From Felis catus (taxonomy: Eukaryota), in assembly GCF_018350175.1 (NCBI RefSeq), contig NC_058368.1, positions 173,354,001 to 173,418,000 of the forward strand: 64,000 bases of DNA, written 5' to 3'. The notes beneath the pieces were generated by a model, which saw only the letters and a program-made list of their open reading frames with translations, made no database searches and was not told the origin of the DNA. Below are positions 46,704 to 59,557 of the stretch, in pieces. The first letter of the stretch is position 1. The number at the start of each line of letters is the position of its first letter. The translations under genes were made by a program, and so were the position numbers.

Positions 46704-46810
46704 TTCAAGCAACATTTAAATGAGAAAAAGCAAGAGGAATTACACTGAGTGGGATATGCTTCACATATGTAGAAAATGAGGAGAGGAAACAGAGACAAGG
46801 GCAGGAACTC

Positions 46811-47506
46811 TGTGTCAGTTTCCGGTGGCTGCTATGACAAAATACACAAACTTGCTGGCTTAAGACAATAAGAATTTGGGGGCACCTGGTTGCTCAGTGG
46901 GTTAAGCATTTGACTCTTGGTTTTGGCTTGGGTCATGTTCTCGAGGTTCGTGAGTTCAAGCCCCGCACTGGGCTCTGCACTATCAGTGAGGAGCCTGCTT
47001 GGGATTCTCTCTCTCTCCCTCTCTCTCTGCCCTTACCTTGCTTGTTCTCTCTCTCTCTCTCAAAATAAATAAAGTAATTTAAGAAATAAAAATAAATTTT
47101 AAAAAACCAATATTTTTTTCCTCTCACCATCCTGGAAGCCAGAAGTCTGAAATTCAGGTGTCAGCAGGCCCGTGCTCCCTTCTGAAGCTTTGGGGGAGAA
47201 TCTATTCACTGCCTTTTGCAGCTTCTGGTGACTACCCACATTTCTTGGCTTGTAGCCACATCACTCCAGTCTCTGCCTCCAGAGTCACATTGCCTCCTAC
47301 TCTTCCCTGCATCTGTTTTATAAGGATGCTATCACTGGATTTGGGGCTCACTTGGATAATCCAGGATAATTTCCTCATCTTCAGATCCTTACGTAATTAC
47401 ATCCACAAATACCTTATTTTTTTTTCCCAAATAAGTTCACATTCACAGGTACCACAGATTAGGGCATGGGCATATCTTTGGGGGGTGGCCCATCATTCAA
47501 CTTACT
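46811..47506 (-). mobile_element. MLT1 (C/D/E-like) LTR interrupted by a Can-SINE
   Basis: 'tgtgtcagtttccggtggctgctatgacaaaatacacaaacttgctggcttaa', resuming at 'ctggaagccagaagtctgaaattcaggtgtcagcagg'. Confidence 0.75.
46878..47106 (+). mobile_element. Can-SINE
   Basis: gggggcacctggttgctcagtgggttaag..., (CT)n tract, aataaa tail. Confidence 0.93.
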
Positions 47507-47655
47507 TTGGATTCCAGTTCCATGGAAAGTGGAGGCCTCTTGGAAGGGAGACTGGGGGTCTTGCTTTTCATGGCCACGCTTTCTGTAGCCTGCAGACTTC
47601 TTTTCCATGAGCATGGGTTACCTATTTTTACAAACTTTGAACAATAAGTAAACCA

Positions 47656-47866
47656 GGGGCACCTGGATGGTTCAGTCATTTGAATGTCTGACTTTTAATT
47701 TCAGTTCAGGTCATGATCTCATGGTTTGTGAGATCAAGTCCCACATCAGGCTCTGTGCTGACAGTGTGGAGCCTGCGTGGGATTCTCTCTCTCCTTCTCT
47801 CTCTGTCCCTCCCCTGTTTGTTAACTCTCTCTCTCAAAACAAAGAAATAAACTTAAAAAAAAAAAA
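47656..47866 (+). mobile_element. Can-SINE
   Basis: ggggcacctggatggttcagtc...ctcaaaacaaagaaataaactt(A)n. Confidence 0.93.
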
Positions 47867-48514
47867 CCATAATCCAGCTAGCCAACTTTTTCAGCACCTT
47901 AAAAAGCTCTTATGCATACATCATCTCACCAAAATTCCGACTGCCTTTACTCAAGGCCCTGACCAGAGTGCCCGGCTCACCAGGGCGGGGTTGGCCTTAA
48001 ACATCTTTAGTGGGTTCCACAGCCGAACCCATACCAGATGTTGGAAAGGTCCTGCTTATGGGGGTTGAAATCCATACTCAAATGGTAAAAAATGGTAGCC
48101 TTCAGTTTCACTGAGGATATGACTCAAGGTGTTCATAAGCAAGATACACACTTAAGCTCCCAATAGTGAAAAATTAGTTTCCAGTGTTACCTGTGCAGTA
48201 AGAATAGCCCCCACTGCGGAGATGACAATCCTTCGAGCAGGGGCCAGAGGATCCTTCGATGCCACGAGGGGCCAGGCTGTAATGTTTGACGGGGAGGAGC
48301 TGCCCATAGCGTCTTTGTGAATTGCTTGCAGGCAGACACGCTTTGCTTGCATATTAACCGCGTGGGAATTGTCTCCATGTCTCAAGAAATAGTCTCTCTC
48401 CCGTCTTTTCTGCCTCTTGGTCTGTTTTGTTTGCCTGTTTTCAATAAAGAGGAGCTCTGAGAAACATACTCCTTTCTTCTTAAATCTCCAGATAGAAGGT
48501 CAACTGGGCAGACT

Positions 48515-48820
48515 TGATGACAAATGGCAACTGACACTTGACCTCAGCGTGGGGAGAGCTTGCGGGGGGAGGGGTGGGGGCCGCTACAAAGAGGTCAGAG
48601 CTCTGGGGGACGGCCTGTGCTCAACCCCAGCCCGACACTGCTGGCTCAGGGATCCAGAGCTTCAGGCTCCTCAGGAGAAACTGAACATCCACATTTTTAT
48701 GTAAACTCTCCCAATAATTTAATGTAGGAAACTGATTTAAATTTTCTGTAACTGCTGTGTGGGCCAAATAAAACATACTCATGTCAGATCTAGCCTGCAG
48801 CCCTCGTTCTAAAACCTCTG
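48515..48820 (-). mobile_element. MER102-like hAT element
   Basis: 'aaatggcaactgacact', 'atttttatgtaaactctcc', 'tgtgtgggccaaataaaaca'. Confidence 0.6.
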
Positions 48821-49479
48821 CCCTAATGCATTAGCGCTTTAAGTTCTGACCAGCCTCAAGCTATATCTTCTACTTCTACAGTCAAGCAAATCCTTATACG
48901 TTTTTTTTTCTCAGTTCTTAGCTTCACGTGGTGGAAACAAAACAGTCCACGGCGTTGTACTGGGATAGGGATGACAACTCAGGGAGATAACAGGCAGAAA
49001 AACGGGCTTCCTGCTTGTTTGGGAAAAGGGGCAGCCTGTCCAGCCCATACTGGAAGGGGGCAGTGTCTGCTCCCTGGCTAATCGCCTGGTTGTTTTGGAC
49101 ATTTGCTTGTGTAGACTGTTCTGTTCTCAACCTAATGATGCCATTTTTAGTGACTCATTAGGATCCTTATTAAGAGTTGTTAGCACATCAAAACAGTGTT
49201 GGTGAGGGCTGGCAGAGGGCGGCTTCCTGGACATTAGCAGTTGTCTGAATATCCCTGGCAGCAGGGAAGGGACAAAATGGCAGTAAATGGATCCCCAAAT
49301 GCTGTCAGTTCAGAGGGTGCTGTTTTTGCAGTAAGCACTTATTGAGCACCTACTGTATATACACATGGACATACAGTGGCTTTCCCTGGTCCAAGAATAA
49401 GATGCAAAGTGGTAACTCCTACCCTTCTCCCGGCTCAGCCGCTCCAGTTATAACAACACTTCTATCCCGTGGACATGTT

Positions 49480-49830
49480 GACTTGTGCCTGCCTCAGGGC
49501 CTTTTCACTTGCTATGTCCTCTGCTTGGCATGCTCTTCCCAAGTCTCAGCCCCAAATACCCTCTTTCTGGAGAGACTTTCTCTGACTCCCTGTCTGCTGT
49601 TGCAAATCCTTGCTAACTGCTCTTCAACACATTCCCCTATTTTATTTATAATATGGTGCTTATCACAGTTGAAGTAGTCATATTTATCTGCTTACTGGCT
49701 TACTGTCTGTGTCCCCTCCCCCTAGAGTGTCAGCTCCATGAGAACAGGAACCTATTCTACTGGGTCCCTGGCTCCCACAAGGAGCTTGGCACATAGTAGG
49801 AATTTACTTAATATTTGATTAACAAATGGG
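49480..49830 (+). mobile_element. L2 LINE 3' end
   Basis: 'ctgcctcagggccttttcacttgct...ctagagtgtcagctccatgagaacagg...ggcacatagtagg'. Confidence 0.75.
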
Positions 49831-50559
49831 AAATGATAAGGAGACACAACCCCTTAGCCCAGGGTCACAAATGATCTGGCGTACCCACTAGATTCCCCTA
49901 TCCTGCCCATTGTACATCTCCAAGGAATATATCTTGTGGCTTTATTAAAGAAATCTGAGATCAGGCTTGAGGGAAAGATAACACATGAGTTTCTTCAGGT
50001 CATAACTCTCCTTAGCGAAGGATACCTGTGCAGGAGCACAAGCCCAGGCCCCACCTCTCCCCCGCTCCGGTCAGCGCCTGGAGTGAAGCCTCAGGTGCCT
50101 GCTGCAGCAGGCAGAGATCAGGCAGGGGCATCCCAGGGCCAGGCTGTGCCAATAGATTATTTCTCTGAGTAATTAAGATGGAATTAAAAATTAATTCTTT
50201 CCTTCAGCCTGATTGCATTTCAAGGGATAAACCGAGTGTTATGGCTTTTGTGCATTTTTTTCTCCCTAAATTAAATTGGATCTTGTTTTCCAAGGTGGGG
50301 GAAGTGAGAATGTTAGGATTAAACCAGCAGCTCAAAATCCCTGGGGAAGGAACCAGGTGAATCTGCCTTGAGAATGGATGAACTTGAAGGCATGGCTGCT
50401 CTGGCCCACATGGTGGACTTGGCTCCCCAGGGAGCAACTTGGGTCCATGTTGGGGACCCAGTAATTCTGATCTGCTCTTGTCACTGTAATGCAGGAAGTC
50501 AGGCTACCTTGTCTGCTCCCCACAGGGGACTGAGCTGAATTAGCCAGAGTCAGACCCAG

Positions 50560-50740
50560 GCTCCAAGCAGGCTCTGCCACTTACTGGTGGCAGCTGTCTC
50601 GGGCAAGCTCATCTTCTCTCTCAGCCCCAGCTTTCTCATCTGTGAAATGGGTGTAAACAGCCTACCTCATGGGGGTGTTGGGAGCAATATATGATAAGCA
50701 GGTTTGCCCCGTGGCATGGGCATTCGATGAATGTATACAG
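50560..50740 (+). mobile_element. MIR SINE
   Basis: 'gctctgccacttactgg...ggcaag...cagctttctcatctgtgaaatggg'. Confidence 0.7.
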
Positions 50741-50779
50741 GCTACAGGAGAAAGAGTTTCCCTAGTTTCTTTTAAGTTG

Positions 50780-51330
50780 CATTCATTCATTCACCAGGGT
50801 AATGCATTCCCAGGATTCAAAAGTCAAAAGGCAGAAAAGGGTATATAGTGAGAATCTCCCTCACGCCACTGTTCCCAGGGTACCAGCTCCTTTCTACAAA
50901 GGCAACCAGTGTTATCTGTTAGAGATATTTTATGTACCCATGAGCAAATACGTTCACATCACCCATTCCCTTTTTGTGACACAAATGGCAGTATACTAGA
51001 TGCATTCTTTGACCCCTTGTTTTGTTTTGTGTTTTCTCTCCACCTTAACAATATATTTTGGACAGTATTCCACATTGGTGCCTAACATAGTTCCTCAGTC
51101 ATCTCTACATCTGGATAGTTCTCCATTGCATAGATATCCCATGATGTATTTAACCAGTCCCCTGTTGATGGGCATTCACATTGCTTCCAGTCTCTTGCTA
51201 TTCCCCCCCAAAAAATCTTTAATATATAATTTTGGACAGAAATCATCTTCTTCATATGCATCTACATCTCTCAAATAAACTCCTGGAAGTGAAATTGCTG
51301 GTCAGAGGGAAGAAACTCTCATTTGTTAAA
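50780..51330 (-). mobile_element. L1ME-like 3' fragment
   Basis: 'ggcaaccagtgtt', 'tatttaaccagtcccctgttgatgggcatt...ttgcttccag', 'ctggaagtgaaattgctggtcagagg'. Confidence 0.7.
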
Positions 51331-51465
51331 AATAAGAAAAATCCGTGTATGGGAGAGGGAATACATGAAACGAAAACTGCAGAATATTTGTAAAAGTTGA
51401 AGCTGAGCCGGACATGGGAATTCACGATCTGATTCTTTTATGCATGCTTAAAAATGTCCATAATA

Positions 51466-51660
51466 GGGGCTCCTGGGTGACTCAGTAGGTTAAGCGTCTG
51501 ACTCTTGATTTTGGCTCAGGTCATGATCTTGTGGTTCGTGCTCTGCTGACAGCATTAGAGCCTGCTTGGGATTCTCTCTCTCTCTGCCTGCCCCTGCCCC
51601 CGCTCGCATGCTCCCTCTCTCTCTCTCTCTTTCTCTTTCAAAATCAATAAACTTTCAAAA
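51466..51660 (+). mobile_element. Can-SINE (internal deletion)
   Basis: ggggctcctgggtgactcagtaggttaagcgtctgactc...; degenerate TSD aaatgtccataata / aaatgttgataata. Confidence 0.92.
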
Positions 51661-51689
51661 GAAATGTTGATAATAAAAAATTGTAAAGA

Positions 51690-52812
51690 TAAGGGACTGA
51701 AGTTCTGACAAAGAACTTAGAAGTTATCTCTCCCATCCACACACGAGAAAGGCTGAGCAAACTGAAAATCAACAGCTTTTCTTAGACCCAGAAAAGAACT
51801 GAGGTCACGGGGCAAATTGCTATTCCCCAAATTGTGATACAGAGAATCACAATTTATCAGAACAGAAACCCACCAACAGAAAACTCTGGGAGAACCAGTC
51901 AAGGTAGGGAAACCTAGGCTGTAATTGATGAATTGCTGGAAGCCTAGTGTGGACAAGGTTCAGAGTCAAAAACTCAAAGGGGACCCATTCTTGGGGAGGT
52001 CCCCACACTTTTGTGAGTATTTCCTCCAAGAGCACTACCAAGTTCTCGGAGTGAAGATTAGAACAAAATCCCCTCTATCTTCTGGTCGAGGAAGGGGGAA
52101 GTAGCCATTTTGAAATATACCAGAACATTCTGTTCTTTTAACAAAGCCTATGTGCCTTCAAGAGAAACTATTTTGCCTGAGCTTAAATGACCTGGTGGGA
52201 GAGAAATACCCAACTTCGGCCCCATCTAGCTTTTGTCAGGGGAGGAAAATACTCAACTGCAGCCCAATGTAGCCTTCTTGTCCCATCTAAGGTGGGCTGG
52301 GGAAGGGGTGGTAGTGGTGGAGAACAGAGAAACATTTGCAAAGGTCATAGCCCAGGGGCACAGGCTTGCTAAAAGACAGAGGTAATCTCAGGGCTACAGA
52401 ATGCTTCCCCTCACCCCACACCTTACCACCACATCGTTAAAGGCGTATTTACCACAGTTCCTTGCATTCAGTGTATCATGTCCGGCTTTCAACAAAAAGT
52501 TACCGGGTATGCTTAAAGGCATACAGTTTGAAGAGACAGAACAAGTGTCCAGACCAGATTCAAATACAGCAGAGATGTTGCAATGATCAGATCGGGAATT
52601 TAAAATAACTATGATTAATATGCTAAGGGCGCTAGAGGAGCCTGGCTGGATCAGTTGGTAGAGAGGGTGACTCTTGATCTCAGGATAGTCAGTTTGAGCC
52701 CCACATTGGGTGTAGACATTACTGTGAAAAAACTAAAAATAAAAATATTTAAAAAATATTTAAATATGCTAAGGGCTCTAATGGAAAAAGTAGACACTGC
52801 TGAAGAACAGAG
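51690..52812 (+). mobile_element. Old L1M 5'UTR/ORF1 fragment
   Basis: 'gctgagcaaactgaaaatcaacagc...gaactgaggtcac', 'gaatttaaaataactatgattaatatgctaagggctctaatggaaaaagtagaca'. Confidence 0.7.
52635..52762 (+). mobile_element. Short, older carnivore tRNA-derived SINE
   Basis: 'gcctggctggatcagttggtagag...tgactcttgatctcagg...agtttgagccccacattgggtgtag'; TSD aatatgctaagggc(g/t)cta at 52617-52634 and 52763-52780. Confidence 0.85.
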
Positions 52813-53536
52813 TATCTTTCTGTATGCTAATTAGGTGACTCTTGGTGGGCCTCTAGATTGTTTCAGGATGGGCACTGGTGGTCAGAGGAATCAAACCATG
52901 TGATTAGAGGGTTGGAACTTTCATTCTCATCCCTAGACCTCCAAGGAGAGGTGAAGGACTAGGGATTGGGCTAGTCACCAACTGCCGATGATCTAATCAA
53001 CCAGGCCTACATGATGGAACCCTCCATAAAAACTCCAAACAACAGGGTCCAGACAGTTTCCAACTTGGCAAATACATCCATATGCTGGAGGGTGATACAT
53101 CCCAACTCCATTTGGACAGAAGCTCCTGCATTCAAGACCCTTCTAGACTCACCCTATGTGCCTCTTCATCTGGTTGTTCATTTATATCTTTTATAATACC
53201 CTTCATAATAAAGTGGCAAATGTAAGTCAATGATTTCAAGTTTTGTGAGCCATTTCAGCAAATTATTGAACCATCTGTGGTGCTATGGGAACATCCAACT
53301 TTGTAGCCAAGTCAGACAGAAGTGTAGATACCCTGAGGACCCATTACTTTTGACTGGCATGTGAAGTGGGCAGTCTTGTGGAACCGAGGCCTTAACCTGT
53401 AAAATCTGATGCTAACTCCAGAGATTTAGTGTCAGAATTGAATTAAATTGTAAGACACCTAGTTGGTGTTCAGATAGTTATAAATTAGTTGGTATGAGGG
53501 GAAAACTCCCATACATTTGGTGTCAGAAGTATTGTC
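52812..53536 (+). mobile_element. MER21-like ERVL LTR
   Basis: 'gtgattagagggttggaactttca', 'gacagaagctcctgcattcaagaccctt', 'gtgtcagaattgaattaaattgt...acatttggtgtcagaagt'. Confidence 0.8.
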
Positions 53537-53559
53537 ACTAGAGAAACAGTGTTCCCATA

Positions 53560-53890
53560 GGCTTGAATAAATGTTTCTCCAAAGATCCAAAGATATACCA
53601 AATAGCCAATAAATACATGAATAGATGCTTAACTTCATTAATCATTAAGGAAATGCAAATCAAAACCACAATGAAATATCCCCTTACACCCGTCAGGATA
53701 GCTACTATAAAAGAAAAAAAAAAAAGAGAGAGAGAGAGACCAAAAAACCAGAAAATAATAATAGTTGGTAGAAACTGAAACCTTTGTACACTGTTGGTGG
53801 GAATAGAAAATGGTGCAACCATTATGAAAAACAGGATGGCGGTTCCTTAAAAAATGTAAAACAGAATTACCATATGATTCAGCAACCCTT
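53560..53890 (+). mobile_element. L1 ORF2 C-terminal fragment (degraded)
   Basis: The translation ...[34 protein letters not shown] resembles the L1 ORF2p segment [31 protein letters not shown]. Confidence 0.85.
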
Positions 53891-53952
53891 GGTAAAGTTA
53901 GTGTTAATTTTTTAATAGTTATCTCAATGTGGTTTTGTAATTGTTTATAAGG

Positions 53953-54149
53953 TTTATTTATTTTTGAGAGAGAGAGCGCGTGCGCGCAAGTGGGAGAGGG
54001 GCAGAGAGAGAGGAGACACAGAATCCGAAGCAGACTCCAGGCTCTGAGCTGTGAGCACAGAGCCCAACGTGGGGCTCAAACTCACAAACCGTGAGGTTGT
54101 GACCTGAGCTGAAGTCGTACGCTTAACTGACTGAGCCATCCCAGTGGCC
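53953..54149 (-). mobile_element. Can-SINE
   Basis: 'tttatttatttttgagagag...gacacagaatccgaagcag...gcttaactgactgagcc'. Confidence 0.93.
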
Positions 54150-54179
54150 TTCAAGTGTTTATAGACCAATTCCATAGTC

Positions 54180-57100
54180 CCTGCTATCGAATGCCTATTC
54201 AGGTCTTTTGCCTGTTTTTCTATTGTCTTCTTTCTTTTACTCGATGGGAATTCTTCCTATGTACTAGGTAGAAGTCCTTTGCCAGTAATATGTCAGAACA
54301 TATGTTCTTCCCCTCTGTGACTGGACTTTCCACTGTCCTGACAGTGTCTTTTGATGAACACAAGTCCTTGATTTTAATGTAGTCTTATTTATCAGTATTT
54401 TCCTTGATGCTAGTGCCCTTATGTCCCATTCAATAAACATTTGTCCTCCCCAAAGTCACAAAGATATTCTCTAATGCTATCTTCAAGAAGCTTTATTTCA
54501 CTTTTCATATGGTATGAGGTAAGAGATGAGATAGATTTTTTCCATATGGCTATCCAGTTGACATTTGTTAAGAAGACCATCTTTTCCTCACTGCTCTGTG
54601 ATATCAACGTTGTAAGAAGCAACACTTCCACATGTTTGTGTACATATGTTTCTGATTTTTATTCTAATTGGTCTATTTGTCTACCTGTATGATAATATTA
54701 CACTTTCTTAGTGATTGTAGCCTTGTATTAAATTTTAATATCTAATAATGCAAGTCCTCCTACTTTTTTTTTTCTTCTGCAAGATTGTCTTGGCTGTTTT
54801 TCACCCTTTGTATTTCTACGTAAAATTTATAACTAACCTGTCATATTGCAAACAAATCACACACACAAGTAATGGGTATTTTATCTCTGACTCCCTTTAA
54901 GATTTTCTTTTTGTCTTTGATTTTCAGTAGTGTTACACTGATATACCTAGGTGTGGTTTCTTAACTGCTTGAATCTCTGGCATGTTCTCTTTGGTATGTT
55001 TTCTCAGAAAATTCCTAGTCATTATCTTTTCAAGTACTGTTACTGCTTACTCTTCTTTTCCATGTTCTCTTTCCTCTTCTTCCTGAATTCTAAATACTTA
55101 CTACATGACTTATATGTCCTTCATGAGTTATATTTTCTTTTCTGTATTTTTTCATTTTTCAGTTGGGGATATTTCATTCTGATCTTAACAGTCCCACAAT
55201 CTTCTCTTCAGCAGTTTTCTAAATCCAGTTGCTTAGTTCTTGCCTGTAGTTGTGTTTTAAAATTATTTTTTCTATTTTATGCAGCTTTATTGGATCGTAG
55301 TTGACAAATAAAAGTTTGTAATATTTAAAGTATGCACTTGGATCAGGTTTGGCATATGAATACACCTATGAAACCGCTATCATAATGGATATGATGAAAA
55401 TATCCATCACCCCAAAAGTTTCCTCATGCCCTTAATCTGTCCCTCCCTATGCCCTTTCCTTAGGCATTAACTGGTCTGCTTTTTATCACTATAGATTAAT
55501 TTGCATTTTCTAGAATCTTATAAAAATGGAATGACATAGTTTGAATTTATTTTTGGTATGGCTTGTTTTTAACTCAGCATAATTATTTTGAGATTCATCC
55601 ATGTTGATGCATCAATATGCATCAACTATGTTGTATTAATAGTTCATTTCTTTTTAATGCTGAAAAGTAGTCTACTAAATGGATAGCCTACAATGTGCTT
55701 ATCTAATGCTTGATGATTTTGGATTTTGGACCTTTGGATTTTTACAATTGTTGGCTATTACATATAAAGTTATTATGAGCATTCATGTACAAGTCTTTAT
55801 GTCAACACATGCTTCCATTTTTGTCGACAAAAACCTTGTAGTAGAATGGCTAGATTTTATGGTAGTTGTGTGTTTAAATTTTTAAGAAAGTGACACATTA
55901 TGATCCAAAATTAATATACCAATTTATACACCCACCAACAGTGGATGAAAGTTCCAGTCGTTCTAGATCCTCATCGACACTTGGTATGATCAGTGTTTTT
56001 AATTTTAGTCGTTGTAGTGGCTATTTAGTGGAATTTCATTGTGGTTTTAATTTACATTTCCTTAATGGCTAATGTTGTCAGAGCATCTTTTCGTGTGCTT
56101 ATTTGACAACCATATATCTTCAATGGCAAAGTGGCTGAATAAATACTTACCCATCTTAAAAATTGCATTTGTCTTATTATTTTCTTATTATTGAGAGGTA
56201 AAAGTTTTTAATATATTCTAGATACAATTCCTTTGTTAGATATATGTTTTGCAAACACTTTTTCCTGGCCTGTGGCTTGCCTTTTAATGTTCTTATTTTC
56301 TCCCACATTTAAGAGCTTTATTAAAGTATAATTTACATATCATACAATTCACCCATTGTAAGTGTACAAGTCAACGACTTTTAGTAAAGAGTACAGTTGT
56401 TGAACTATCACCACAATCCAGCTTTAGAAACTTCCATCACCCCCATAAGTTCCCTTGTGCCTATTTATAGTCACTCCTTACTCCCAATATGGGCCCCAAT
56501 CACTGATATGTTTATCTATAGTTCTGCGTTTTCTGGAAATTTTATGTAAATAAAAATACACAATATATATATTTTTCAGTTTGGCTTCTTTCACTTAGTA
56601 AAATATTTTTGAGGTTCATTTTTCTTGTTGCACTTATCAGTAACTCATTTTCTTTTTGTTGCTAAGTAGTACTTATTGTATGTTTTACCATTCAATGGAC
56701 ATTTGGATTGTTTCCCATTTTTGATTATTATAAATAACGTTGCTATGATTATTCACATGCAAGTCTTTCTGTGGACCTATCTTTTCTTTTAGGATTAGAA
56801 TTGCAGGGTCATACAAGTGTATATTTAACTTTTTAAAATACTGCCAAACAGAATAGTGTCTTTTGAAGAGTAAATACTTTTAATTTGGATGAAATTCAAT
56901 TTATTGATTTTTCTTTTATAGTTCATTTTTTGGTGGCATATTTAAGAAATCTTTACCAAACCCATCACTAATATTTTCTTCTAGAAGCTTTACAGTTTTG
57001 GTTTTTATTTTTAGATCTATGACCTACTTCAAGTTAATTTCTGTATATGGTGTGAGGTAATGGTCAACGTGCTTTTTTTTCCTTTTTGCATACTTTTTGC

Positions 57101-59010
57101 ATATGCTTATCCAAGTGTTCTAGCAACATTTCTTAAAAATAATATCCTTTCCTCATAGCTGCCTTGGAATCTTCGTCAAATATCAATTGGCGTGGTCTAC
57201 TACTGGACTCGTTTTCTGCTGTATAGACCTGTAGGTCTATTTTTATACCAATACAATACTATCTTGACTATTGTTGCTTTATAATAAAGTCTTGAAATAA
57301 AGTAGTGTAAGTTCTCCCAACTTACTCTTCTTTCTCAAAATGTTTGACTGTTCCAGATCATTTGTATTTCCATATAAATTTTAGAATCAACTTGTCAAGT
57401 TCTACAAAAAAATCTTGCACTGAATTTATAGATCAATTTGGGGAGAACTGACATCTTAGCCACATTGAGTCTTCTGATCCATGAACACATATATTTCCCT
57501 GTTTATTTATATCTCCTTTAATCTCTCAGCGATGTCTTGAGTTTTACATGTGCAGATCTTGCACATCTTTTGTCAAATTTATCATCTCCTTTTATCATTT
57601 TTAGAATTTCCATTTGATTATTTTTTGATAGTTTCCAGTTCCCTGCTGAAATTCTTCTTGTCATCTAATATGTTGACTATAGTAACTTCAGTTATTTTAA
57701 AGTCTAGTCCTGATGCCTCAAATATCTGGATCCCTGTGATATGTTTCTAATATGTTGTTTTTCTCTTGTATTTTTGTCCTGTTGTTGTATTTCTACATGT
57801 TGGTTTTTCGTTGACTATCAGACATAATAGATGAACTTGGAAAAGGCATTTTGAGGCTCTGAATGTTACCTTCCTCCAAGGAGAAATTTCTTTTACGTTT
57901 GCCTAAGCTAGGAGCACCAATCACCTCAGGTTGCATTCGTCCAATCAGGAATCAAGATGACTTGAAACAGGCCTGCCATCCCCAAGAGAGGGCTGGTTTA
58001 GTTCTGGACCACTTCCTCCTAGTGTGTAGTCCTTTAGGTCTCAAATGAAATTCTGGGCTGTTTATCAGGGTCCTTACTTCTTTTGTTTCCTTTTTTTTCT
58101 GAGTGTAACATAAAAGTTACCATCTCAAACATTTTTTTAAGTACAATTCAGTGGCACTGAGTACACTCACATTGTTGTGTGCAACCATCACCACCATCCA
58201 TCTCCAGCAGCTTTCCATCTTACAAACCTGAAACTCTGTACCCATTAAACAATGGCTTCCCATTCCCCCACCCCCCGCCCCCCGCAACCACCATACTACT
58301 TTCTGTCTTTATGAATTTGTCTACTCTCTATATCTCATACAAGTGGAATCTTGCAGTGTCTGTCTTCTTGTGACTGGCTTATGTCACTTAGCATGATGTC
58401 TTCAAGTTTCATCGATATTGTAGCATGTGTCAGAATTATGTATACACCGCATTTCCTTTATCCATTCATCTGTCAATGGACACTTGGGTTGATTCTACCT
58501 TTGGGCTATTGTGAATAAGCTGCTGTGAACGTGGGTGTAAAAATAGGGTCCTTACTTCTTAAGAGAACTGCACTCCTATCTTTGTCTCCCCAACCCCACG
58601 AAATTGCCAGAAGCTCTTCTCAGCCTCTCCGTTACTGCGTTAGAACTAGAAAATGCCTCAAGAGGTAGAGCACTGCCAGATATCAGGCTTCCCTCTCTGA
58701 GATTCCCTTCTCTCTGCGATCTTGGAGCCTCGGTAGCTCTCCAGTATCTTCAAACAGTGATTTTTGTACAATTTCATCCAGTTTTCCTAATTATTCTCAG
58801 TAGGATGATTGGTCTGATACAAGCTAGTCTATCATAGCTAGAAGCAGATGTGTCAGTGTAATCTTCATTTGCACCTCTCTTATTATGCATGAGCTTGAGC
58901 ATCTTTTCTGATATTTACATGTTGTTTGTATTTTCTTTGAAATCCTTTCCCATTTTTCTACTGAGTCTTTCTTTTTATTGATTTGTGGGCATTTGTTACA
59001 TGTCTGGAAA
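54180..59010 (-). mobile_element. Stack of nested, degraded L1M fragments
   Basis: AT-rich block with several L1 3' ends (about 55270, 56310, 58090) and ORF1/ORF2 remnants, e.g. 'ttgtagtggctatttagtggaatttcattgtggttttaatttacatttcc'. Confidence 0.8.
58083..58544 (-). mobile_element. 5'-truncated L1 (L1MB-like 3' end) with a perfect 16-bp TSD
   Basis: agggtccttacttctt at 58067-58082 and 58545-58560 flanks L1 3'UTR sequence ('tgtgcaaccatcaccaccatccatctccag'). Confidence 0.85.
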
Positions 59011-59557
59011 CTTAGCCTTCGTCTTTCACCTAAAAAGAATTTTCTGAAGCCAGTTCTAACTTCCCGTATGATCAAGTCACTTTCACCTCTGAGACTTGGT
59101 TTATTCCTCTGTGAAATGGGTGAGAGGGCCAGACTTCACCATATGGTCTGTTTCCTTTTGATCTGTCATTCATGGCTTGATTATCTCCTTCTGTAAAGAT
59201 GAGACAAAAAAATCCGGGTGGGAGGTTATTGAGATTAAAAAAAAAAAATTCCTTTCCACATCCTACCTCCACATTCCATGGTGGATTTGTATTGTATCCA
59301 CTGCTCTCTGGCTTTAGAAAATTGATCACTGTTAACAGGACGTGGAAGAAGGGAGCCCAGTGTCTGTGCATGCTTTTATACCCCTAGGACCTCAGCAATG
59401 TGGCACAAAGCCACTCTTCCCACACTTCAGTCAGTCTCATGAGTTTTGCTGTATCTGCATATCACATGTACTATTATTTACTTACATTTCCAGTAAACCG
59501 ACTCACTTATTTTTAATCCAAATACCTTTAGCTTTTTCTTGAAAACAATATGTGTGA

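Noticed and set aside
53563..53778. ORF with reverse-transcriptase-protein similarity
   Set aside because: Short degraded L1 ORF2 C-terminal fragment with no coding capacity.
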